Source: Pseudomonadota bacterium
GTDB lineage: Bacteria > Bdellovibrionota_B > Oligoflexia > Oligoflexales > CAIYRB01
Assembly (NCBI GenBank): GCA_031416315.1
Contig: JANOTL010000223.1
Coordinates: 1-64,000, forward strand
DNA length: 64,000 bases
Direction of reading: 5' to 3'
Shown here one piece after another: positions 56,571 through 64,000 of the stretch. Below the pieces are notes generated by a model, which was given only the letters and a program-made list of their open reading frames with translations, did no database searches and was not told the origin of the DNA. The position numbers and the translations under genes are program-made. How positions within the stretch are numbered: the first letter of the stretch is position 1; the number at the start of each line of letters is the position of its first letter.

Positions 56571-57224
56571 CTAGAGCGCGGCGTCCGCGTCGACGTCCTC
56601 GACCTCTTCGATCGGCCCGGCGAAGTCCTCTTCCTCGCGCAAGGCGGTCGCCGCGCCCGCGTCGAATGCGGGCGCACGCGAGACGGCGCGGGGCGCCGTG
56701 GAGCCGCCGGCGCGGTCCAGCAGGCGCAGCCGGCGGTTCGCCGAGCTCGCGTGGTTGATGATCAGCTCCTCGAGGTGCGAGGTCTGCGGCCGGTAGTTTT
56801 TGATCAGCTTCTCGAGGCCCAGGCGCACTTGGGTGAACGTGGCGATGTGCGGCGTGACGCGGTAGCCGGTGAAGAACTCGACCTGCTTGATCGTGTCGTG
56901 ATCGAGGGGATCGACCATCGCGACGTGCAGAACCTGGCCCTCGACGCGCAGCGGCATGACCTCGAGGCGCTCGACGAGCGGAGGGTCTAGCGTGCCCCAA
57001 GCCTCGCGGCTCGATTCGCGCGCGAGGTCCTTGGCGCACATCTTCCAGCGCGTGCGCTCCGCGAGGAAGGCGGCGAGCTCGTCCTCGTCCAAGAGTCCCA
57101 AGGCGAGGACGGCCCGCGCGAAGGCGGAGCCGTGCGTGCCGCACGTGCGCCGGATGGTGCGGCGGTCCGCCTCGGTGAGGAGGCCTTCCTCGACCAATAG
57201 GGTTCCCAGACCGGAAGTTCCCAT
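56571..57224 (-). CDS. GspE/PilB N-terminal (MshEN/T2SSE_N-like) domain protein, ends at an in-frame TAG
   Basis: LGTLLVEEGLLT...LGLLDEDEL..FLA; VMPL...L.VAMVDPLD...I..VEF.TG. Confidence 0.75.
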   Translation of the reverse strand: MGTSGLGTLLVEEGLLTEADRRTIRRTCGTHGSAFARAVLALGLLDEDELAAFLAERTRWKMCAKDLARESSREAWGTLDPPLVERLEVMPLRVEGQVLHVAMVDPLDHDTIKQVEFFTGYRVTPHIATFTQVRLGLEKLIKNYRPQTSHLEELIINHASSANRRLRLLDRAGGSTAPRAVSRAPAFDAGAATALREEEDFAGPIEEVEDVDADAAL

Positions 57225-57356
57225 AAAGGCTTCTCAATCGCTCGGGTTAGTGCGGCGGGGGGAAGAGGGGCGGGGCTGTGAGAATGATCTTTCAATTATG
57301 TTATCACGGGTTTATTCTGGCTGCCTCAACGTCAGGCCCAGAGCGAAGGAGTGTCC

Positions 57357-58199
57357 GTGTCGAGCGAACGCAAGGAGCAATTGAAATCCCTCAAACAACC
57401 CGATCAATTGCAAGTGAAGCTCGTGTCTTTGATGGACTGGCTCCTCAAGAACACCCGCATCATCGTCGGGATCGTCGCGGTCGCAGCCATCGGCGTCGGC
57501 ATCGTCTACACGGTCCGATACGCCCAGAACAAGGCGCGTGACGGCCGTCTCGAGGAGCTGGGCAAGATCCAGATCACCTACGAGAACGAGCAGCGGAAGT
57601 CGCAGGACGAGCGCGAGAAGGTGCAGAAGCAGATCGACGAGATCGAGAAGAAGGCGCCCCCCGCGGCGACCGGCTCCAGCGCCGACCTCACCGCGACCGT
57701 CGCGGCGACGCCCTCCCCCGAGGTCGAGCCCCTGCGCAAGAAGATGGATGCGATCCGCCCGGATCATTCCGGCTCGGCGACGCAGTTCCAAGAGTTCTTC
57801 GCCAAGTACGAGAACGACCCCGAAGGCTGGATGGCCGGTCTTCAGGCCTCGCGCCTCTTCGTCGACCAACAGAAGGTCGCGGAGGCCTCGGCCCTGCTCG
57901 ACAAGGTGCTCGAGAAGTCGAAGAACGCGAACTTCTATCAAGTTCAGGCGCGCTTCGCGCTCATCAGCGTCCTCGAGGACCAGGGCAATCTGGATCGGGC
58001 GTTGACCGAGGTCGACCAGCTCGACAAGCTCGTCGAGAACAAAGAGATGAAGCCGCGCGTTCTCCTCGCCAAGGGCCGCCTCCAGCTCCAGAAGAATCAG
58101 AAGGACGAGGCCAAGGCTACCTTCAACAACTTGATCGAGAACCACGGCACCTCGCCGGAGGCGCAGAAGGCGCGCTCGATCCAGTCGCTCTTCAACTGA
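57357..58199 (+). CDS. YfgM-like membrane-anchored TPR protein
   Basis: LKQPD N-terminus, TM helix, TPR helices, directly upstream of a BamB-like gene. Confidence 0.75.
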   Translation: MSSERKEQLKSLKQPDQLQVKLVSLMDWLLKNTRIIVGIVAVAAIGVGIVYTVRYAQNKARDGRLEELGKIQITYENEQRKSQDEREKVQKQIDEIEKKAPPAATGSSADLTATVAATPSPEVEPLRKKMDAIRPDHSGSATQFQEFFAKYENDPEGWMAGLQASRLFVDQQKVAEASALLDKVLEKSKNANFYQVQARFALISVLEDQGNLDRALTEVDQLDKLVENKEMKPRVLLAKGRLQLQKNQKDEAKATFNNLIENHGTSPEAQKARSIQSLFN

Positions 58200-58215
58200 T
58201 CCAGCGCGAGGTCTC

Positions 58216-59391
58216 ATGCGCAGAATCCTTCTAGCCGCCGCTCTCGGCCTCGCCTCGCCGGCAGGGGCGGAGGAGGCGGTGGCCCCCGCGGCCTCGGCCG
58301 CCCAGGCGAAATCGGCGCTCCCCGAGGACGCGGCCTCGCTCACGGGCGACCTCGGCGATCGCGGGCGTCCTTACCGGCTTGGCTTCATGTCCTTGAATTC
58401 CGGCTTGGACCAGGTGAAGCCCTTGGCGCTCTTCGATCCCGCCGGCTTCGTCGTCAACTCCGGCATCCTCGTCGGCGGCTTCGACCAGCGCTGGATCGGC
58501 GGCCTGTCGATGCAGACGACGAAAGTGCTGTGGTGGTTCGACGGGACGACGGACCTGACGGCGCCACCGGGATCTTTCGGGAGCAACGTCGTCCTCGGCT
58601 TCCGCGACGGCAAGGTCGTGAAGCTGGACGCTTTGACCGGCAAGAAGATCTGGACGGCGTCGCTCGACTCCTTCGTCGAGAGGCCCCTCCTCCTCAGCGG
58701 TACGACGCTCTACGTCCTGACCGCGGCGCAAGTTCTCTACGCCCTCGATTTCCAGACTGGCAAGACGCAATGGCTCTACGACGGCGGCTTTCCCGAGGGA
58801 CTCACGATCCGCGGCGGAGCGCGGCCCATCATCCATGACGGCAAGGTGCTCTTCGGCATCGCCTCGGGCGAGATCCTGGCGGTGAACGCCGACACGGGCA
58901 AGCTCGTGTGGCGCTACAATCCGGCTTACAACGACGCGCGCTTCCACGGCGTCGTCGGCGAGATGCTGATCCGGGGCAACAAGCTGATCATCACGCGCTA
59001 CGACGGCCTCGTCGCCGCGATCGACATCGCCGGCAGCGTCCGCAGCGTCGCCTGGCAGGAGCAGCTCCCCGGCCTGACGACCTCGGCATTCCGCGGCAAC
59101 CGCATCTACGTCGGCGCCCTGAACGGCGACGTCTACGCCTTGGACGCGGACGGCGGGCGCAAGGTGTTCCACGCGCAAACCGGCGCGTCGGTCACCTCGA
59201 TCACGGCCGGCGAGACTTCGATCTTCGTCACCGGCACGCGCGGCCGCATCACGGCGATCGACGCTGGCGTCGGCAACGTTCTTTGGCACGACAGCATTGG
59301 CGGGTCGATTGCTAGCGCGCCGGTGCTTTACGAGAATGCGATCTTGTTCAATACCGGGTCGAAGAGCATCTACGCGTATAAGCTGCGGTAG
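58216..59391 (+). CDS. BamB-like PQQ-repeat beta-propeller
   Basis: Repeats LDA.TGK..W, ALD..TGK..W, AVNA.TGK..W. Confidence 0.8.
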   Translation: MRRILLAAALGLASPAGAEEAVAPAASAAQAKSALPEDAASLTGDLGDRGRPYRLGFMSLNSGLDQVKPLALFDPAGFVVNSGILVGGFDQRWIGGLSMQTTKVLWWFDGTTDLTAPPGSFGSNVVLGFRDGKVVKLDALTGKKIWTASLDSFVERPLLLSGTTLYVLTAAQVLYALDFQTGKTQWLYDGGFPEGLTIRGGARPIIHDGKVLFGIASGEILAVNADTGKLVWRYNPAYNDARFHGVVGEMLIRGNKLIITRYDGLVAAIDIAGSVRSVAWQEQLPGLTTSAFRGNRIYVGALNGDVYALDADGGRKVFHAQTGASVTSITAGETSIFVTGTRGRITAIDAGVGNVLWHDSIGGSIASAPVLYENAILFNTGSKSIYAYKLR

Positions 59392-59398
59392 AATTTTT

Positions 59399-59466
59399 AC
59401 CGCAAAGGGCGCAAAGAACGCAAAGACGGTTAGAAAAACCTTTGCGCCCTTTGCGCCCTTTGCGGT
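59399..59466. repeat. Hairpin element built from 9-nt periodic CGCAAAG units
   Basis: ACCGCAAAGGGCGCAAAGAACGCAAAG ... CTTTGCGCCCTTTGCGCCCTTTGCGGT. Confidence 0.85.
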
Positions 59467-59476
59467 TCAAAATGTC

Positions 59477-60577
59477 TTAGACGAGATCTGTTCGCCCCTG
59501 CGCCTTCAAAGCCTCGACGATCGCTTTCACGTCCTGCGCGCGCGACTTCGGGCACACCAGCACAGCGCCGCCCGAAACCACCACCACCAGATCCTCGACG
59601 CCGAGCAGGGCGACGAAGGGGCCGTCGGTGTCGACGGTCGTGCGCTTCGTGTCGAGGAGCATCGCAGGGCCGCTGACGAGGTTGCCTTGTGCGTCGGTAG
59701 GGAAGCAGCGCTCGAGCGCGTCCCAGCTGCCGACGTCCTGCCAGCCGATCGCGGCCGGGACGACGGCGACGTTTTTGCTCGTCTCGAGGACGGCGTGGTC
59801 GATCGAGATCTTGGGCAGGCCGCCATAAACCTCGCGCATCCGCTCGCGATCGACGCTCAGAAAACCGTCGGCGGGCTGCATCAGGTCGCGCAGCGAGCGC
59901 ACGGTCTCCGGCAGCTTTGCCTCGAGCTCGCTGAGGAGGGTGTCGGTGCGCCAGACGAAGATGCCGGCGTTCCAGAGGAACGTGCCGCGCGCGAGGAACT
60001 CCTCGGCCAAGGCCTTCGGCGGCTTCTCGCGGAAGCTCGCGACCGCGAACGCGCCCTCGGCGCCCGAGAGCGGCGCGCCGCGCTCGATGTAGCCGTAGCC
60101 GGTCTCGGGATACTCCGGCTCGATGCCGACCAGGGCCAGCCGTCCGGCGCGCGCCGCTTGCGCGGCGGTCGTCAGCGAGCGTAGGAAGGCGGGCAGATCC
60201 TTGATCAGCGCGTCCGCGTGCAGGGAGATCATCACAGGCTTGCCGCGACCGCCGCGCGCGGCGTGCATCGCCTCGATCTGCAAGGCCGCGAGCGCGAGCG
60301 CGTTCGCCGTGTTGCGCGCGTCCGGCTCTTCGAGGATGACGAGGCTCTCGCCGACGAGCGCGCGCGTGCCGGCCGCTTGGTCTTGATGCGTGACGATCAA
60401 GCGCCGCTCCGGCGGGACGAAGCCGTCCAAGCGCGCCAAGGTGAGCTCGATCATGGTGAGCGGCTCTCCGCCCAAGCGCGTCAGCTGCTTTGGGCGGAGG
60501 TGGCGGCTCTTCGGCCAGAAGCGGGTGCCGCTGCCGCCCGCGAGGACGGCGACGTAGCAGTCGTCGAGGGAGCTCAA
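59477..60577 (-). CDS. manC: Mannose-1-phosphate guanylyltransferase
   Basis: LAGGSGTRFWPKSR..PKQ, EP..RNTA, PETGYGYI, FREKP, WNAGIF, ISIDHAVLE, W.DVGSW; TTG start overlapping upstream stop. Confidence 0.92.
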   Translation of the reverse strand: MSSLDDCYVAVLAGGSGTRFWPKSRHLRPKQLTRLGGEPLTMIELTLARLDGFVPPERRLIVTHQDQAAGTRALVGESLVILEEPDARNTANALALAALQIEAMHAARGGRGKPVMISLHADALIKDLPAFLRSLTTAAQAARAGRLALVGIEPEYPETGYGYIERGAPLSGAEGAFAVASFREKPPKALAEEFLARGTFLWNAGIFVWRTDTLLSELEAKLPETVRSLRDLMQPADGFLSVDRERMREVYGGLPKISIDHAVLETSKNVAVVPAAIGWQDVGSWDALERCFPTDAQGNLVSGPAMLLDTKRTTVDTDGPFVALLGVEDLVVVVSGGAVLVCPKSRAQDVKAIVEALKAQGRTDLV

Positions 60578-62091
60578 GGTTTTGGGTCCTTTTTCGGCGT
60601 GGGCTCTGGCGCCTCGGGCGCCGGCGGGCCGGGCGGCGACACTTCGGCCGATTTCTCCGGCGGCGCGACCTCGAGCCGCGCCATCGTGTACGGCAGCGCG
60701 AGGCCGTCCATCAGCTGCTCGTGATTGAAGAGGCCCATGCTCTTGAGATAAGTGGGCGCCAGCTCGTTGTTGATCAGCGCGCGTGCGATTTCGATGCCGA
60801 AGGTGCGCAGGACGTCCGCGTCCTTCGTGCCGACCTTCGCCAGAAGCTCGAAGCCCTCGCCGTAAAGGGACGAGAGGAGCCAGAGCGCGTACGGAAAGAT
60901 CGGCGAGGCCGTGTGCTTCTCCGCGAAGTCGTGCCAGACGAGGAGCACCTTCTCCAGCTCGCCGGCGAACGAGAGGCGCAGCCAATCGTTTTGCGCGACG
61001 GAGCCATTGCGGGCTTCAAGGCCAGTGCCAAGCTCGAGCGGCCGGCGGTGCGGCGGATCCATGTTCTCCAAAAGCTTCGCCGCGGCGTTCGTGCCGTTCG
61101 GCAAGAGCTTCGCCTTCGTGCCGTCCGTCAGCTGAAAGGCGACGAGGCTCGAGGGATGGTAGAAGAGGCCAGGATCCAGCGTGCCGTCGTGCCGGAGCGC
61201 AGCGTAAGCATAGACTGTGGGCCCGCTGCTCGAGATGCCGGCCAAGGAGAGCCAGAGCTTGCCTTCGCCGCGCGAGCTGGGCGAGATCGGCAGGGAGCCG
61301 CGCGCCAGGTCGGTCAGATTCTCGACTTTGTCGGTGTCCAGATCCCAGAGATAGAGGCCGTCGCGGTGGCGGGAGCTCCCCGTCGCCGTGTAGACGATCT
61401 TGGTCGACGACGGCAGCCAGAGAAACTCCTCGATCCGGTCGTGCGGCGCGACCATGAAGAGCTCGCCGCGCTCTTTCAGGCGCGCGACGAGCGACCGCGT
61501 CTGCGCGACCGGATTCACGAAGAGGCGCGCGTGCGAGATGCCGTCCGGCGAGTCGGCGCCTTCGAGCAAAGGCGACGGATAGAGGCCCAGTCCGGGGCGC
61601 GCGGACAGGCGGTATCTGATCGGGCCGCGCGGGATCTGGCCCCACGAGACGAGGCCGAAGTCGGGCACGCCGCCGAGCGTGTTCTGCGCTTGGTCGCCGC
61701 CGAAGGAGCGTAAGAGGTAATGACGCTCGTCGAGGCGGAGGTAATCGAAGCGCTCGCCGTAGCCGTCGTGGGCCTGGAAGGCGAGCGCCTCGCCGTGGGC
61801 GAAGGCGCGCAGGACGTTCAAAGTCGACGGCGCCTTTTTGTGTTTCTCCAAAAAGCGGCGCAAAGTCTTCGAGAGCTGGGCGAGTCGCGTTTTCGTGAGC
61901 GCGGCGGGCTGGCCACCGGGGGCGCGCGGCAAAGTGAGCGCGACCCAGGTCGTCGGGGGGGCCCAGCTGATCACGAGGAGCGCGACGAGGACGGACCACC
62001 GGCGCCTAACACGCGGAGGCGACGGGTGAACCTGGGGGCTCTTGGCCTCCACGGCTTCCGCGACATTGAGAGTCGGCTTCAAGGGCTCCAC
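60574..62091 (-). CDS. Membrane-anchored protein with GspG-like domain, beta-rich domain and helical C-terminus
   Basis: TM helix; DGYGERFDY...YLLRSFGGD pseudopilin-G-like motif; WLPSS.KIVY; start uncertain. Confidence 0.65.
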   Translation of the reverse strand: MEPLKPTLNVAEAVEAKSPQVHPSPPRVRRRWSVLVALLVISWAPPTTWVALTLPRAPGGQPAALTKTRLAQLSKTLRRFLEKHKKAPSTLNVLRAFAHGEALAFQAHDGYGERFDYLRLDERHYLLRSFGGDQAQNTLGGVPDFGLVSWGQIPRGPIRYRLSARPGLGLYPSPLLEGADSPDGISHARLFVNPVAQTRSLVARLKERGELFMVAPHDRIEEFLWLPSSTKIVYTATGSSRHRDGLYLWDLDTDKVENLTDLARGSLPISPSSRGEGKLWLSLAGISSSGPTVYAYAALRHDGTLDPGLFYHPSSLVAFQLTDGTKAKLLPNGTNAAAKLLENMDPPHRRPLELGTGLEARNGSVAQNDWLRLSFAGELEKVLLVWHDFAEKHTASPIFPYALWLLSSLYGEGFELLAKVGTKDADVLRTFGIEIARALINNELAPTYLKSMGLFNHEQLMDGLALPYTMARLEVAPPEKSAEVSPPGPPAPEAPEPTPKKDPKP

Positions 62092-62164
62092 GATTCGCTT
62101 CCGATCTGCGCTATAATGGGGCAAGAGCCCTTCACACCGCCCCGACCTACCCGACAGGTAATCG

Positions 62165-62845
62165 ATGCTCGCACGTGCATTGGCGATCTTCCTTCCGATT
62201 TTAGCGGCGCTGCCCACAGTCCAGCAAGCCAGGGCCGAAGACGGCCCGTCGGCCTACGGCGACGCCCCTCCCGAGCACGCCGCCAAATGGCACGCGCCGC
62301 AACCGGCCGAGGCCAAGATCCTCAACAAGCAGGCGGCCGAGCCGGCACGGGTCCGCATCGGCCTGCGCTTGACGCCGTTCAAGAAGGTGACGACGCGGGG
62401 GCGTGACGGCAGCATCGAGTCCCGCTGGGTGCCGATGGAGCCCTTGCGGCACACGTTGCGAGCACGCCTCAACAAGAACAACCACTTCTTCGTCGGCGAC
62501 TATCACCTCGAGACGAAGCCGACGAAGTGGGTGCGCAAGTCGCGGCGCTACGAGGTCGCGATCGACGTGTACCGGCGTTACGGCGCTTTCGGCCAGCTGG
62601 AAGAGTTCCTTGGCACGACGACCTTGATCGGCGTGCTCGAAGAGCAGGAGAACAACCTCTTCGTCGTGTACGGCGTGGCCCGAAAGCGCTTGCGCGACAA
62701 GATGCAGAGCCCGGTGCTCGACATCGTCGCGGGCTTCCAGCCGGGGACGGCGCAAGGTCCGAACGTTTCGCAGAAAGAGAAGCCTGCCCGGACGCCGGCT
62801 GCGATGCCGGCGGGGCAGGGTGCATTGATCCGCGGCAGGTTCTAG
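62165..62845 (+). CDS. Secreted hypothetical protein
   Basis: Signal peptide ending ARA; TATAAT upstream at 62112. Confidence 0.65.
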   Translation: MLARALAIFLPILAALPTVQQARAEDGPSAYGDAPPEHAAKWHAPQPAEAKILNKQAAEPARVRIGLRLTPFKKVTTRGRDGSIESRWVPMEPLRHTLRARLNKNNHFFVGDYHLETKPTKWVRKSRRYEVAIDVYRRYGAFGQLEEFLGTTTLIGVLEEQENNLFVVYGVARKRLRDKMQSPVLDIVAGFQPGTAQGPNVSQKEKPARTPAAMPAGQGALIRGRF

Positions 62846-62855
62846 TGCCGTTAGT

Positions 62856-62936
62856 CATGGGTCTTGACGGGTGTCGCGTACCGGAGCGGCGCGTCCGACG
62901 CGACGCGCAGGGTAGCGGCATCCGTCATGACCCATG
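62856..62936. repeat. About 80-nt imperfect hairpin between convergent genes
   Basis: CATGGGTCTTGACGGGTGTCGC / GCGGCATCCGTCATGACCCATG plus inner GCGCGTC/GACGCGC stem. Confidence 0.75.
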
Positions 62937-62953
62937 CGAATATCACTGGTCCC

Positions 62954-63844
62954 TCACATGCAGCTCTGCGTCATGTCGATCGACGGCGACTTCTCGCAGG
63001 AGAGCGTAATCTTCGCGTCGTCGCCCGGGTCGACGCAGGTGCCGAAGAGGCAGCCGTCGATGTCGAACTCAACGCTTGGGCTCGAGACGATGAAGTTCTT
63101 CTGGTCGCTCCAGGTGTCGCCTGTGAAGTTGTCCTCGGTATTGACGAAACGAAGCTTGATACAGGTCGTCGCGGTCGTGCGGCAGCCGCCTGGGATGACC
63201 ACGGACTCGCCCGGTTTCGGGCAGGGGACGGTGGTATCGGTGGGGACGCCGTCTTTGTAGCTGGAGACGGTGATCATCACCTGACCGTCGCCTTTGCACT
63301 CGTTGTTCTTGTCGTAGTCGGTGCGCAGGGTGAGGGCGGAGGTGAGGACCTTCTCAGTGCCGCCTTCATCGCTCAGCTCGCCCGGATCTTCCGAGCCGGA
63401 GCCGTCGGTCGAGGTATCGCCGGTGTCGTCGACGTCGGTGCCTGCTTTGCCGGGAGTCCCGCCTTTGGTGCCGGCGCCCGTCGTGGCGTTGTCGGTATTC
63501 ACGCCTGGGCCGGCGGTCGATTTGTCGGTGCTGGTGCCGGCGCCGGTGGTGGCGTTGTCGGTGCCCTTGCCGGGGTTGCCGCTTCCGGTCCCTTTGCTGG
63601 GCGTGCCGCCGCTCGTGCCGTTGTCGGTCGCTTTGCTCGGCGTGCCGCCGCTGGTGCCCTTGCCAGGGTTCTTGTTCTCTTCGTCGCCAGGCGAGTCGTC
63701 GTTGTCGGCTTTGCCGGCACTTTCCTTCTTCTTGGTGGACGCCTTGGTGCTGCCAGCGAAGTCCGTGCCCGCGCAAGCCCAGATCATTCCGGACAAGGCG
63801 AACGCCCAGCCGATGCTGAAAAGAGTCGAGCCTTTGCGCTTCAT
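62954..63844 (-). CDS. Lipoprotein with Gly/Thr-rich repeat stalk and Cys-rich C-terminal domain
   Basis: IWA-C lipobox; repeats GTSGGTPSK x2 and TDNATTGAGT x2; 8 Cys in the C-terminal domain. Confidence 0.75.
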   Translation of the reverse strand: MKRKGSTLFSIGWAFALSGMIWACAGTDFAGSTKASTKKKESAGKADNDDSPGDEENKNPGKGTSGGTPSKATDNGTSGGTPSKGTGSGNPGKGTDNATTGAGTSTDKSTAGPGVNTDNATTGAGTKGGTPGKAGTDVDDTGDTSTDGSGSEDPGELSDEGGTEKVLTSALTLRTDYDKNNECKGDGQVMITVSSYKDGVPTDTTVPCPKPGESVVIPGGCRTTATTCIKLRFVNTEDNFTGDTWSDQKNFIVSSPSVEFDIDGCLFGTCVDPGDDAKITLSCEKSPSIDMTQSCM

Positions 63845-63932
63845 CGTGGCACCTTTCGCGGAGGGGAGGTCTCTTCGTCCTCTCTTCGGATCGGGCTGGC
63901 GGAAGCTTTAGGCTCGGCGGAAAAGTCAGTGA

Positions 63933-64000
63933 TTACTGGCAGGCTTGGGTCAGCTCAAGGCTCGGCGTGCTGGCGCAACTGAGCGTGATCTTGGCGTCGT
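63933..64000 (-). CDS. C-terminus of a paralogous Cys-rich protein (truncated by window edge)
   Basis: DAKITLSCASTPSLELTQACQ* versus DAKITLSCEKSPSIDMTQSCM* of the neighbouring gene. Confidence 0.75.
   Translation of the reverse strand, partial: DAKITLSCASTPSLELTQACQ

Noticed and set aside
56571..56573. Amber recoding (pyrrolysine or alternative code)
   Set aside because: Many genes in the window end properly in TAG and no pyl genes are seen
54823..56574. 583-aa Ser-rich plus-strand ORF and many other long overlapping ORFs
   Set aside because: Antisense or off-frame shadows of GC-rich genes with no family motifs

Overview
GC-rich bacterial chromosomal window; the gene content (flagellar genes, Gld-type ABC system, many lipoproteins, CHASE2 sensors, TPR-receiver) suggests a Bdellovibrionota/Oligoflexia-like or related deltaproteobacterial lineage (inference). 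Core genes: fliD, fliS, flgE, coaBC, pyc, pfkA, smpB, a RluA-family synthase, grxC, mrp/apbC, mlaEFD-like, yfgM/bamB-like and manC. No rRNA, tRNA, CRISPR array or transposase was seen. Main candidates for new biology: (1) a PapB/CteB/QhpD-like radical SAM-SPASM maturase with an RRE-like N-terminus, translationally coupled to two CHASE2 histidine kinases that look like complementary halves (one keeps only the ATPase motifs, the other only the phospho-His), followed by a 44-aa peptide with a ranthipeptide-like leader and a single CX3E motif, i.e. a putative ranthipeptide signalling circuit; (2) two paralogous intergenic RNAs (about 44750-44935 and 54304-54480), each with a sigma54 promoter, a long closing stem and a shared C-rich loop; (3) an uncharacterised peptide-ligase cluster (class II GATase / C39-like peptidase / RimK / GCS2 / formylglutamate amidohydrolase). 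Also noted: apparent ATT/CTG start codons, an in-frame amber stop, unannotated small basic proteins and several long hairpins. All family calls come from motif recognition by eye, without database searches.
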